NCBI RefSeq assembly: GCF_049554935.1
Contig: NZ_CP186926.1
Span: forward strand, 768,001 to 832,000
Direction: 5' to 3'
DNA from: Methanocaldococcus indicus
GTDB lineage: Archaea > AGJL01 > Methanococci > Methanococcales > Methanocaldococcaceae
Length of the DNA: 64,000 nt
The translations under genes and the position numbers were made by a program. Of the stretch, positions 13,288 to 23,943 are shown in pieces. Each line of letters begins with the position of its first letter. Position 1 is the first letter of the stretch. Below the pieces are notes generated by a model. That model was given only the letters and a program-made list of their open reading frames with translations. It did no database searches and was not told where the DNA came from.

Positions 13288-14982
13288 ATGAAAAAAATAA
13301 ATTTAATGCCCATCATATTTGCAATTGCCATATTCTTATTTATTTTAGATGGATTGTTGGCTATATTTCTAAAAAATGCATTTATTTCTATATTTATATC
13401 ATTAATTTTTTCGGCAATTTTAGCATTTTCAATTTGTAAAATAATTAAATACAACATTAAAAAACTTGAAGAGTTTTTAGATTTATGTCTAAAAGAAGAT
13501 AAAATAGACAAAGATTTAAAACTTATTGCTGAATTTGACAATATCTATAGAAAATTAATTATTTTAGTTGAAGAATTCCACAAAGAAAGAGAAAAAATAA
13601 AAGAAATGAGTAAAGAAATTTCCCAAACAATTAAAGAAGCTATAGAAGCTTTAGAGAAGCTTGCTGAAGGTGATTTTTCAGTTAGATTAAATGAAAATAG
13701 AAAAAGAAACAAATTTCAAAAAATGTTTAATAAAGCAATTGAGAGAGTATCTAAAATCATTGAAAACATTAGACTGGAAGTTCTTGAATTAAATAGACAA
13801 ATTGAAATATTAAGAAAAGAAACTAAAAAAGCTAAAGAATCAATTGAACAAATATCAGATTCAGCCCAAGAAGTAGCAAATGCAGCAGCTGACCAATCTT
13901 CAAAACTACAAGATATAAGTAGAGAAGTAGAGGAGACAAGTAACTTAGCCAAAAACACAGAGAAGTTATCAAAAGAAGGTGTAGAATTAGCAATTCAAGT
14001 AAATAATAAAGCTGATGAAGGATTAAAGAAAGTAGAGCATGCTGTTGATGCAATGAACAAAATCTCTTCTGTTATTGAAGATTTAAGTAAAGCTATTATA
14101 GAGTTAGGTGAAAAATCTAAAAAAATTAATGAAGTCACTAACTTAATTAGAGATATTGCTAAACAAACAGGACTATTAGCTCTAAATGCATCTATTGAAG
14201 CGGCAAGAGCAGGAGAAGTAGGAAAAGGTTTTGCAGTTGTTGCAAGTGAAATTAAAGGTTTAGCTGAGGAAATTAGTAGGTCAATTGACAACATAAATAA
14301 AATAATTGAAGAAATTAGTGCTCAAGTTGATAAAACTGTAAATTTAGGAACAATAGGTAAGCAGGAAGTAGATAAAGGAGTTGTAGCTGTTGATGACGTT
14401 AATAAAACTTTCTTAGAAATTAAAGAAGGTATATCTCAAACTCTTGAAAAAATAAAAACTATTAAAGAATCAGCTGATAACACAATAGTTAATATGGAAA
14501 AAGCACTTAGAGATATCCAAGATATTGCATCTATAGCAGAGGAATTTACTGCAACAGCTGAAGAACTGTCTGCTATAACTGAAGAAGAAAGAAAAGCTTT
14601 AAATGAAATAGAGAAAGTTATTGTAGAATTAGAAAAAGTTTCCCAATCTGTAAGAGACAATGTAATGAAAATAAAAACTTATAAATCAATAACAGTAGAT
14701 GAAGCATATAAACTACTAAATAATCCTAACTATGTCTTTTTAAATGTTGTTCCAAAAGTTAAATATACTGGAAGAATTCCTAATTCACTATATATTCCAA
14801 TTAATGAATTAAAGGATAGATTAAATGAAATTCCAAAAGATAAAAAAATTATTGTTTATTGTCTAAAAGGATTTACAAGTCCAGCAGGATATAGAATTTT
14901 AAAAGAGCATGGATATGATGTAGTCAATATGGAAGGTGGATTAGAAGCTTGGATGAAAAAAGGTTATCCTGTTGAAGATTAA
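13288..14982 (+). CDS. Methyl-accepting chemotaxis protein with C-terminal rhodanese domain
   Basis: MCP tip motif; the last ~100 aa show [14 protein letters not shown] and MEGGLEAW rhodanese motifs. Confidence 0.92.
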   Translation: MKKINLMPIIFAIAIFLFILDGLLAIFLKNAFISIFISLIFSAILAFSICKIIKYNIKKLEEFLDLCLKEDKIDKDLKLIAEFDNIYRKLIILVEEFHKEREKIKEMSKEISQTIKEAIEALEKLAEGDFSVRLNENRKRNKFQKMFNKAIERVSKIIENIRLEVLELNRQIEILRKETKKAKESIEQISDSAQEVANAAADQSSKLQDISREVEETSNLAKNTEKLSKEGVELAIQVNNKADEGLKKVEHAVDAMNKISSVIEDLSKAIIELGEKSKKINEVTNLIRDIAKQTGLLALNASIEAARAGEVGKGFAVVASEIKGLAEEISRSIDNINKIIEEISAQVDKTVNLGTIGKQEVDKGVVAVDDVNKTFLEIKEGISQTLEKIKTIKESADNTIVNMEKALRDIQDIASIAEEFTATAEELSAITEEERKALNEIEKVIVELEKVSQSVRDNVMKIKTYKSITVDEAYKLLNNPNYVFLNVVPKVKYTGRIPNSLYIPINELKDRLNEIPKDKKIIVYCLKGFTSPAGYRILKEHGYDVVNMEGGLEAWMKKGYPVED

Positions 14983-16148
14983 AATCTAATATGCTCATAA
15001 ATTGTCTCAGTTTTTGTCATTTTGTATCCAATAACTGCTCCAATTCCAGCAGGAATAGAAAAATCAAAGCCAAAAATCTCTGTGCATAAAACAGATGTTC
15101 CTAATGGTGTATTTGTAGTAGAGGATAAGACAGTAGCAATACCTAAAACTACATAAGGAGCTATATTTTCTACTCCCAAAATATCACCATATAGAGCTCC
15201 TGCAATAGCTCCAATACACATAGCTGGAAAAACTAAACCTCCAGGAGCTCCTGAACCTATTGTAAAAGATGTTGCAAAAATCTTACCTAACAAAAGTATA
15301 AATAAAAATAATAATCCATATTTTATAATAAATAAATTTTTTATTAATTCTAAACCCATTCCCAAGGATTGAGGAGCTATATATCCAATAAATGAAACTA
15401 TACATCCTCCAATAAATAATTTTAAAGTCCAAGGAATATTTATATTTTCAAAATATTTATTTACATTTTTATATACATACATATATAACGTACCAACATA
15501 AGAGAGTAATATAGCTCCAATAACAAAGAAAATAAAATCTTCTGGTTTTAAGTTATAAATAGGGATATAATTTAAAAAATGTCTTTTATGAGTTATAAGA
15601 TAATAAACAATATAACCAACTAAACTTGCTATTATAGCTGGAAATACATCAAAATATCTAAAATCCTCTCTTTCTATTAACTCACATGAAAATATAGCAG
15701 CTCCAAGAGGGGTAGCAAAAGCTCCTGCTAATCCTCCAGAGATTCCTGTTAAGATTACAAGGTCTCTATTTTTTAATTTTAATCCTCTATATATAAAGTT
15801 ATCAGCAAAGCAAGCACTTGCAAATACACAAGTTCCTTCTTTTCCAGCACTACCACCAACTCCTATTATAAAACCAGATAAAAAAACCTTTAAAGCTCCA
15901 AAATACCAGAATAGCTTTTCATTCTCATTTAAAGCTTTTAAAACATAGTTAATACCAGAACCTCTAATTATTGGAAAAAAATCAACAACAACTCCACATA
16001 ACAAGAAAACAACTGGAATTAAATATATATTGTTATGATATGGAAAATTATGAATAATTAATGTTAAAATAATAGAGCTTATTCCTCCAACAATTCCAAT
16101 AATAGAAGCTAAACTAATAACTTTTAATAATTTAATTATATTTTTCAT
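14979..16148 (-). CDS. ClC-family chloride channel/transporter
   Basis: [20 protein letters not shown] and GGLVFP motifs. Confidence 0.9.
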   Translation of the reverse strand: MKNIIKLLKVISLASIIGIVGGISSIILTLIIHNFPYHNNIYLIPVVFLLCGVVVDFFPIIRGSGINYVLKALNENEKLFWYFGALKVFLSGFIIGVGGSAGKEGTCVFASACFADNFIYRGLKLKNRDLVILTGISGGLAGAFATPLGAAIFSCELIEREDFRYFDVFPAIIASLVGYIVYYLITHKRHFLNYIPIYNLKPEDFIFFVIGAILLSYVGTLYMYVYKNVNKYFENINIPWTLKLFIGGCIVSFIGYIAPQSLGMGLELIKNLFIIKYGLLFLFILLLGKIFATSFTIGSGAPGGLVFPAMCIGAIAGALYGDILGVENIAPYVVLGIATVLSSTTNTPLGTSVLCTEIFGFDFSIPAGIGAVIGYKMTKTETIYEHIRF

Positions 16149-16161
16149 ATATTATCACTAA

Positions 16162-16443
16162 TTATTTTATTACTCCTTCTTTACTTAACCTTAATAGTTC
16201 ATTTATATAATTTCTAAAACTTTCTTTACCTTTATCTGTTATTTTAATTATTGACTTTAATTTTCCTTTATGAATAATTTTTATAATTTCTATGTAATTA
16301 ACTTTTTCTAAGATTTTTAAATGATGTTCTAAATTTCCATCAGTTAAGTTAAGTTTTTCTTTTAGATAGCTAAATTCACAAAATTCCCTACCATATAAAG
16401 TAGCTAAAATTTTTACTCTTATTTCAGAGTTAAATATTTTCAT
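16162..16443 (-). CDS. Winged-HTH transcriptional regulator (ArsR/MarR-like)
   Basis: FSYLKEKLNLTDGNLEHHLKILE motif. Confidence 0.88.
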   Translation of the reverse strand: MKIFNSEIRVKILATLYGREFCEFSYLKEKLNLTDGNLEHHLKILEKVNYIEIIKIIHKGKLKSIIKITDKGKESFRNYINELLRLSKEGVIK

Positions 16444-16967
16444 AATTTCACAATTAAGAAAGAAATTGAAACAGCAAAAAATCCAAAACTTAATATTAAA
16501 TAATTATAACTATTAAATATATAGATTGGTATAGACAGGAACATTAAGAATAATCCTAACAATTTCCTTTTCTTTGAGTTAAATAGTATTCCATCAATAC
16601 ACAAAAAGAAACCAAAAAATATAGATATAATAATAGGTAGTAGTTTTAGAGAAATAAATGAAGCTATAATAAACAAGAGAGTTACAGCAATCAATCCATA
16701 AAATATAATACTTTCTAAAACTTTTTCAAAGTAGCATTTAGTTCTTTTAAAGAGTTCTTTATGTCTAATTATTATTAATCCACATATAAGTATAATTATT
16801 GGTTCTAAGAAAATCAATAGTTTATATTCAAACTTAAGTAAAATAAAAAGAATTAGAAATACAATTCCTAAGAAAAAATATGATACAAAATAAACAAAGC
16901 ATTTATATTTTATATCTTCATCTTTATAGCTATCATCTATTAATTCAAGTATATCATCTACTTTCAT
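16440..16967 (-). CDS. Hypothetical membrane protein
   Basis: About 6 hydrophobic segments; overlaps its neighbours in an operon. Confidence 0.75.
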   Translation of the reverse strand: MKVDDILELIDDSYKDEDIKYKCFVYFVSYFFLGIVFLILFILLKFEYKLLIFLEPIIILICGLIIIRHKELFKRTKCYFEKVLESIIFYGLIAVTLLFIIASFISLKLLPIIISIFFGFFLCIDGILFNSKKRKLLGLFLMFLSIPIYIFNSYNYLILSFGFFAVSISFLIVKL

Positions 16968-17283
16968 AGTTACACCTTATATAAATATATACTGGATATT
17001 TTTTGTTATCCTCCCCTATAGCTGTTGTTCTTTCCCTAATATAAAAAATATTTAAATCTTCAAAATCATCAATTATTTTTAGTTCATTATTATTAATATC
17101 TAATAAAATAACTCCTTCAATAAAACTATTTTTATCTTTTATAGCCCCATAATAACCAATATCCTCACAAAATATTCTTTTATACCCATATACTCTTCCT
17201 TTAATCATCTTAGGAATTCTATTTATTAATTTTTTTAACACTTCTTTTTTTGTTAGTTCTCCATAAGCAAATATATTGACCAT
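16954..17283 (-). CDS. Gamma-glutamylcyclotransferase (AIG2-like) family protein
   Basis: IFAYGEL and IDDFE..Y.R motifs. Confidence 0.82.
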   Translation of the reverse strand: MVNIFAYGELTKKEVLKKLINRIPKMIKGRVYGYKRIFCEDIGYYGAIKDKNSFIEGVILLDINNNELKIIDDFEDLNIFYIRERTTAIGEDNKKYPVYIYIRCNYESR

Positions 17284-17398
17284 GATTAAGACCTTTTCAA
17301 TATTCTTTGCTTTACAAAGAACAGAAAGTTATATATATTTATAGATTGTATAGTTTAACATAGTAAAGTAAAAAAATTTTCTATCTATGGTGATAGTT

Positions 17399-17620
17399 AT
17401 GAGAATCATAAAAAAATTATTATCAAAAAGAGGGCAAGTATCTATGGAAATAGGTATTTTAGTAGCAGCAGCAGTAGCTGTTGCTGCTATAGCCGCATAT
17501 TTCTACGCTTCTAATGTAAAAGTAGCTGCTGAAAATGCTGGAAAAGGTGCAAATGGTACTATTAACACTTTAACTTCTGCAGCTAATAAAACAGCTGCTA
17601 AAATTGAGAATTTAACCTAA
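17399..17620 (+). CDS. Class III signal peptide protein (type IV pilin-like)
   Basis: KRG/QVSME cleavage motif followed by a hydrophobic helix; strong BRE/TATA at 17322-17337. Confidence 0.9.
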   Translation: MRIIKKLLSKRGQVSMEIGILVAAAVAVAAIAAYFYASNVKVAAENAGKGANGTINTLTSAANKTAAKIENLT

Positions 17621-17662
17621 TTTTTATACTCTATTCTTATTCTTTAGAGAAAAAATAAATAG

Positions 17663-17679
17663 TTATAACAGCTTATAAA
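17663..17679. repeat. 17-bp direct repeat, left copy
   Basis: ttataacagcttataaa is identical to 18824-18840. Confidence 0.92.
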
Positions 17680-17688
17680 TTTTATTAT

Positions 17689-18795
17689 TTACAAAATTCT
17701 TTTTATAGCGTTCCAAATTAGGAAGGATTGAGGTTTAAGGATTCCATCAATAGGATTTAAGAAAAGGATATTCTTTTTAATTAAAAATTCTCTAATTTTT
17801 TTAGGTATTTTTGTATCTTCAACTTCATAATTCTCTTTAAATATTTTCAATGCATCAACAACTTTTTTATAAAAGTCATCATCATTTTCTTCTTTAACAT
17901 CTTCTAAAAAGTATTTTAGTTTTTGAATAGCATCTTTAAGTAAATAATCTAAAATTTCTTTTAATTCTTTATTTTTTAATTCTTGAATTACATAAACTAT
18001 ATCTATTGGCTTTCCACCAACATAAGAATAAATAAGTTCTTTCTCATCATTAGAGAGTTTTTTATTTAAAATCTCTTCAGATAGAAAATCTATAAATTTT
18101 AAAGCAGTTTTTTTATCAAAATCATCTACTAAGATATATTTGGCTCTACCATCCAACATAGCTTCATTATAAACCTTCTCAATAAACAAGCTATCAGAGG
18201 ATAAACAAAAAACATGGCATAGGTGTTTATGCTTAGTTAAGGAAATAAAATAATTAAATAGTTCATAAATCAAAAATCCATTTATTTTTAAATCTCCTAT
18301 TTTTTGCAATTCATCTAATATTATTATTGGTTGCTTTCCTTCTTTTTTAACTTCTAAAAAAATTTTAGTTAGATAATTAAAAACATCATCTGAATTTTTA
18401 TCTTTTAATAATTGGTTTAATAGATTTTTAGGTATTGGTATGCCTGTTAAAACATTAGATGTTATTGAAGCAATGGAAGGAATATCTATAAAGTCAGGGC
18501 TATCTTTAATTAATGGTTTTAAAAGATTTTTTAACCAGTCAAAAAAAGATTTTTTCGGAGTGTATGTTTTAAACAAGATTCTTATGAAATCATCATATCT
18601 TGATATAAATATCTCCCTCAAATCAAAATAAAAAATAACATACTTATCCTTATCTAACCTATTATTAATTATCTCATTTATTAAAGCCGTCTTCCCAGAG
18701 TTTATTGGTCCATATATAAAATATATAAAATTTGGTTCATTCTCTATTATTGAGAGTATCTCTCTTATCTCTTTCTCCCTATTAAAAAATTTCAT
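17689..18795 (-). CDS. Archaeal ATPase (MJ-type STAND/AAA family)
   Basis: MKFFNREKE, Walker A GPINSGKT, Walker B IIILDELQ and GGKP motifs. Confidence 0.92.
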   Translation of the reverse strand: MKFFNREKEIREILSIIENEPNFIYFIYGPINSGKTALINEIINNRLDKDKYVIFYFDLREIFISRYDDFIRILFKTYTPKKSFFDWLKNLLKPLIKDSPDFIDIPSIASITSNVLTGIPIPKNLLNQLLKDKNSDDVFNYLTKIFLEVKKEGKQPIIILDELQKIGDLKINGFLIYELFNYFISLTKHKHLCHVFCLSSDSLFIEKVYNEAMLDGRAKYILVDDFDKKTALKFIDFLSEEILNKKLSNDEKELIYSYVGGKPIDIVYVIQELKNKELKEILDYLLKDAIQKLKYFLEDVKEENDDDFYKKVVDALKIFKENYEVEDTKIPKKIREFLIKKNILFLNPIDGILKPQSFLIWNAIKRIL

Positions 18796-18823
18796 ATTTT
18801 TCACCAAAAAAATTTAAAAACTT

Positions 18824-18840
18824 TTATAACAGCTTATAAA
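18824..18840. repeat. 17-bp direct repeat, right copy (last codons and stop of the 18824-19357 gene)
   Basis: ttataacagcttataaa is identical to 17663-17679. Confidence 0.92.
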
Positions 18841-19357
18841 CTCCATTAATTTCAAAAATTTCTCCTTCTTCTAACAATTCCTTTAAGTATTTTTCAAGCT
18901 CTTCATCTGGGATATTTAACATCTCAGACAATTCTAAAAAAGAAACTTCTCCTAAATCTGATATTAGTTTTAGTATTTTCTCTTTTATCTCTTCTGGCTT
19001 TAAAATTTCCACATTATCTAAGTTTTCAGCTTTTTCTATTAAGTATTTTCTTGTTATTTTTATTTCTAAATCTCTCAATTCTATCCAATTTTCATCTCTT
19101 TCTTTATATATTTCTACTTCCAAAAATTTGTCCTCTTCAACTCTTGGCTTTCCTATTACATCATAAATTTTATTTTCCATATCATTGAAGTTTCTTAACT
19201 CTATCCCTTCTAAATAAAATTTTTCATTTTCTTTATACACCTTACCCAAAATCCTGACTCTTCTCAACTTTTTACCTTCTAAAATTAAATAATTATCCAC
19301 TACTGGATTCTCTAAAAATTCATTTGGATATATTTTGTATGCTGTTTCTCTTTTCAT
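18824..19357 (-). CDS. OB-fold plus C-terminal winged-helix protein (RPA2/RPA32-like)
   Basis: KRETAYKI...RRVRILGKV N-terminus and LKELLEEGEIFE wHTH end. Confidence 0.65.
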   Translation of the reverse strand: MKRETAYKIYPNEFLENPVVDNYLILEGKKLRRVRILGKVYKENEKFYLEGIELRNFNDMENKIYDVIGKPRVEEDKFLEVEIYKERDENWIELRDLEIKITRKYLIEKAENLDNVEILKPEEIKEKILKLISDLGEVSFLELSEMLNIPDEELEKYLKELLEEGEIFEINGVYKLL

Positions 19358-19478
19358 CCTCTCACAAAAATAATATTTAAAATTTAAAGTTATAAATAAG
19401 TTATAAATAATAATTATAGTTCTATTATTAGATAAACTATGAAAGTACTAAATAAAATATACTATACCAAGTGATAAT

Positions 19479-20153
19479 GTGAATATATACTATAAGATAG
19501 TTGAAGATTTTGGTTTTAGTGTTGAGAAAGATATTGAAAGTGCTAAAATTTTAAATGATTTAGTTGAGAATTTAAAGAACACTATTAGCTTGGAGAAAGT
19601 TAAAAGAATTATTAAAGATAAAGATGTCTATATATTAGGAGCAGGACCTTCAATATTTAAACATAGATATCGCATAAAAAATCCAAATGTTGTGGCAGAT
19701 GGTGCATGTAGAGCATTGTTGGAGATAGGAAAAGTTCCTGATATTATTGTGTCTGATTTAGATGGAGATATAGAAGCTCTTTTAGAGTGTAATAAAAAAG
19801 GTAGTGTTATTTTTGTTCATGCACATGGAGACAATATAGAAAAAATAAAAAAAATTGTTCCTAAATTGAAAAATGTTGTTCCTACACATCAAGTCCCAAA
19901 TTTAAAGTTAGAAAATCTCTATTATTTTGGAGGTTTTACAGATGGAGATAGAGCTTGCTATATCTCATATCATTTAGGTGCTAAAAAACTTATATTGGGT
20001 GGAATGGATTTTGGAGATAAGATAAGTAAGTATTCAAGAAATATCAATAAAGATATAGATTTTGCAGATAAATTTAAAAAAAAGAAATTATATTATGCTA
20101 AATATCTGATTGAACTATTAAGTAAAAAGATAGATATTGAATTTTTGGAATGA
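19479..20153 (+). CDS. mptE: 6-hydroxymethyl-7,8-dihydropterin pyrophosphokinase MptE
   Basis: GAGPS, ADGA, SDLDGD, HAHGDN and GGFTDGDRA motifs. Confidence 0.9.
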   Translation: MNIYYKIVEDFGFSVEKDIESAKILNDLVENLKNTISLEKVKRIIKDKDVYILGAGPSIFKHRYRIKNPNVVADGACRALLEIGKVPDIIVSDLDGDIEALLECNKKGSVIFVHAHGDNIEKIKKIVPKLKNVVPTHQVPNLKLENLYYFGGFTDGDRACYISYHLGAKKLILGGMDFGDKISKYSRNINKDIDFADKFKKKKLYYAKYLIELLSKKIDIEFLE

Positions 20154-20376
20154 AATTATGAAAGATAAAAATGAGTTAGCTAAAATTTTTGAAGAATATT
20201 CTAAAAATATTATTGACTTTAAGCTTTTATCTAAAAGTAGAGAAGCAGAATTTTATGAATTTGAATTTAGAAATGACATAATTAATAAACTTTATAATAA
20301 ATTATATTTACATCAGGTTGAAGCTTTATCTAATCTATATAACAACAAGAATGTTATTGTTACAACTCCCACAGGT

Positions 20377-21078
20377 GAGAGTGTCAAGTTAAGCTTTTAT
20401 TAATAATTGATAAAAAATAATAAAATATGAAGCTCACGATAGAAGTCTTAAAGGAGAGAATCGAAGAGGAGAAGATTTTTAAAAGGAATAAGAAGTCGAT
20501 AGAAGTTAAAATCTTAGCTGGGATTTTGTATTATCTTGGACTATCGTTGAGGAAGGTAAGTTTGTTTCTTTCCCAATTCGAAAGTATAAGCCATGAGTCG
20601 GTTAGGACTTATTATCACAAGATTAAAGATGTTTTAAACGAACCTAAAAGAAAGGAAAGATACGCAATTGCAATCGATGAGACCAAACTAAAGATTGGAA
20701 ATGAAAATATTTACGTATGGTCTGCTATTGATGTTGAATCGAAAGAGTGCTTGGGAGTTTATGTTTCTGAAACAAGAAACTGCCTCGATACTATATTATT
20801 CGTTAAGAGTATATTAAAATTTTGCTCTAATAAGCCGAAGATTTTGGTCGATGGTGGAAGATGGTATCCGTGGGCATTGCAAAGATTGGGTTTAGAATTT
20901 GAAAGAGTCAGATTCGGACTGAGAAATTGTGTAGAAAGCTTTTTCTCACTACTCAAACGAAGAACTAAAGCATTTTATAATAGGTTTCCTAATAACAGCA
21001 AATTCGATACAGTTGTTAGCTGGATTAAAAGTTTCATGATGTTCTACAATTAGTTGAAGTCGTTAACTTGACAGTGTC
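20377..21078 (+). mobile_element. IS6-family insertion sequence, 702 bp
   Basis: Terminal inverted repeats gagagtgtcaagttaa / ttaacttgacagtgtc (14/16 match). Flanking duplication cccacaggt at 20368-20376 and 21079-21087. Confidence 0.95.
20427..21053 (+). CDS. IS6-family DDE transposase
   Basis: IDETKLK, VWSAID, LVDGG.WY and [11 protein letters not shown] motifs. Confidence 0.93.
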   Translation: MKLTIEVLKERIEEEKIFKRNKKSIEVKILAGILYYLGLSLRKVSLFLSQFESISHESVRTYYHKIKDVLNEPKRKERYAIAIDETKLKIGNENIYVWSAIDVESKECLGVYVSETRNCLDTILFVKSILKFCSNKPKILVDGGRWYPWALQRLGLEFERVRFGLRNCVESFFSLLKRRTKAFYNRFPNNSKFDTVVSWIKSFMMFYN

Positions 21079-23650
21079 CCCACAGGTAGTGGAAAAAGTG
21101 AAATTTTTAAGATGTATATATTAGATAGTTTTTTATCAAATCCTGAAAGAAGATACTTACTAATATTTCCTACAAGAGCATTAATTAACAATCAATTTTT
21201 TAAGTTTAAATCTTTATCAAATAAATTATTTGAATTAACAAATAAAAAACTAAAAATAGAGATTTTACATGGAGATATTAGTAGAGAAAAAAAGGAAAAT
21301 ATTGTTTTTGAGAAACCACATGTTATCTTTACAACTCCTGACACTCTACATTTTAGGATTTTAAGATACAATGATAAATATTCATGGTTATTAAAAAATT
21401 TGGACTTGGTTGTTGTAGATGAGCTACACAGTTATAGAGGTTATTTAGGAACTAACTTTCATTATATATTAAAAAGATTAAAGTATGTATGTAAATTAAA
21501 ATATGATAATAATTTCAAATATTTAGCTTTATCTGCTACATTAAGAAATCCTACAAAGTTTTGTAAAGATATGTTTGAAGAAGATTTTATTTTAATAGAT
21601 AAAGATAGCTCTCCATCATATAATAAATATTTAGTTCTTTTCCAACCTAAGAATTATGATAGCAAACAACTAATAAAAGGAATTATTGAAAAGTTAGTTA
21701 ATAAGAATATAAAAACAATTTGCTTTTTTGATAGTAGAATTACAGCTGAAAAGATTAGTAAGATGTTCAGAAATAGTAAATTTAGAGAGCTAATAACTGT
21801 TTATAAAGGAACTCTAACAAAGAATATAAGGAATGAGATAGAAAATCATTTTAATGATTCTAAATATTTATGTTTGTTATCAACAAATGCATTAGAGTTA
21901 GGAATAGATATTGGAGATGTCTCATCAGTTGTCAATTATGGAATTCCAGCAGATGGGATATTTTCTTTAATCCAAAGATTTGGAAGAGCTGGAAGAAAGG
22001 GGGATGCTTTAAATTGTATAGTATTTAAAAAAGATGCATTAGACTTATATTATTTAAAAAATAGCAAAGAACTTTATGAAAAAATAAAAAACAATATTAT
22101 TGAGCATATTCCTATAAATAAAGAAAATGAAATTATTGCAAAGAGACATATACACAACTTAATTTATGAATTAAAAAGAGTAAATATAGATAAAATAAAA
22201 TTGAGTTCTTTTGAGAAAAAAATTATTATAGAGTTGCAAAAAGAAAATAAAATAAAATTTGACATTGAAAATAAAGAACTCTATTCATCTGTTGAGCCAA
22301 AATATTACAACATAAGGACTATTGGAGAAGAAACTTATTATTTAATTTTGAATAGAGAGGATATTAAAAATAAAATAAAATCTTTTGATAATATAAAAGC
22401 TCTTAACCAATATATCAACAACTTAAAAAAAGAAAAGATTATTATTGAGCAGTTATCAAAGGATGACTATTATAGATATCTTCTCCCAGGATATCCTTAT
22501 TATTCAAGAGGTAAAATCTACATTATTTCTGATTATTTTGAATATAACAATATAAAATTTGTATTTGTTGAAGAGTTTGATGGAGATGTTGATTATCAAT
22601 CTAAATATACAAAAGATGTTAAAATAATTCAAAAGAAAGATGAGAAAGAAATAAATAACTTAAAAATATGCTTTGGAAAGTTATTAATAGAGGAGATTTA
22701 TGAAGGATTTGTTGTTAGAGGGAGAGATACAAATAAATATTATGAATATCTTAACAAACTAAAAAATAAAGGATTTTTAAAAGCTAAGATTGAGAAAGGA
22801 AATCCATATTTTATAGTTGTTGCTAATCTAACTAATTATAATGTTGAATCTTTTAAAGAAGAATTATTTAAATTAAAAATTAGAGATATTGATATAAATG
22901 ACAATAATGTGTATATCTCAATTTATGAAATTTATACATTAGATAAGCTTCTTTCTTTTTTAGAAGAGTATAAAATTCCTTTTAAACTATTTGAAACTTT
23001 TGATATCTATATTATCTATGAGAATCCATATATTAAAAAATTTGAAACTGAGGGGATATGGTTAGTATTTCCAGAGGAGATTAAAGAAGTGTGTAATTAT
23101 GAATACAACTATTTTATGGAAAGAATTCCTGAAAAATATAAGGATATTGCAAAAGAACTATATGATAAAATTGATAGAAAAGAGCTATTTTTAAGATATA
23201 GAGGATATACTTCCCACTATATTTTAGAAACTATTAAAAAAAGATTATCTTTTATAAAGGATGAGAAGAAAATAGAAAACATCTCATACTATATCAAAAA
23301 ACTTATAGATAGTAAAGATATAGGTAATGGACTTCATGCAGTTGAACATATATTTATAAAATTAATTCCTACTGAGTGTTTTGTTGATAGTAGAGAAATT
23401 GGAGGATACAGCTACTCTCAATATGAATATCTAAATAAGCCAACTATTTTTGTTTATGATGGTAATGAGGGAGGAATTGGAGTAATTGAAAGAGTATTCC
23501 AAACATCTGAAAAGTTGTTGGAGAAGAGTTATAATCATCTAAAATTATGTAGATGTAAAGATGGATGTCCTTTATGTATATACTCTACTAAATGTGGAAA
23601 TCTAAATGAGTTTTTAGATAAATTCCAGGCAATAAAAATCTTAGAGAAAT

Positions 23651-23905
23651 TTATAAAAATGAAAGAATCAATAAAATAGCTACACCAACAACTCCACCAA
23701 TTGCAACAATCAATAAATTTATCAAATCTAATTTTATGTGTGCTATGCCTAAATAGTTTATTATATATATTAAAATTATACCTACAATTGTATTAATTGC
23801 TAAATGTCTAATTATCTTAAATGTAAATTTAATTATCAAATAAGCTACAACTAAAACCAAAACTAACAATACAATTGTTTCAATCATACTATGCCCTCCA
23901 AACAT
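23651..23905 (-). CDS. BofA-like small membrane protein
   Basis: Three TM segments; INTIVG...IGGVVG pattern. Confidence 0.7.
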   Translation of the reverse strand: MFGGHSMIETIVLLVLVLVVAYLIIKFTFKIIRHLAINTIVGIILIYIINYLGIAHIKLDLINLLIVAIGGVVGVAILLILSFL

Positions 23906-23943
23906 AACTACTCCTCAAAATATATTTTTAATGGTAAATAGTT

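Larger units (their letters stand above)
20137..23679 (+). pseudogene. Hrq1/MrfA-like DEAD/DEAH helicase with DUF1998 Zn domain, interrupted by IS
   Basis: N-part (LYLHQ...TTPTG) and C-part (SGKSE...DELH...QRFGRAGR...CRCKDGCPLC) join in frame when 20377-21087 is removed. Confidence 0.93.

Noticed and set aside
20340-21110. Intein in the helicase P-loop
   Set aside because: The insert has inverted repeats, a target duplication, its own DDE ORF and an in-frame stop, so it is an IS and not an intein.
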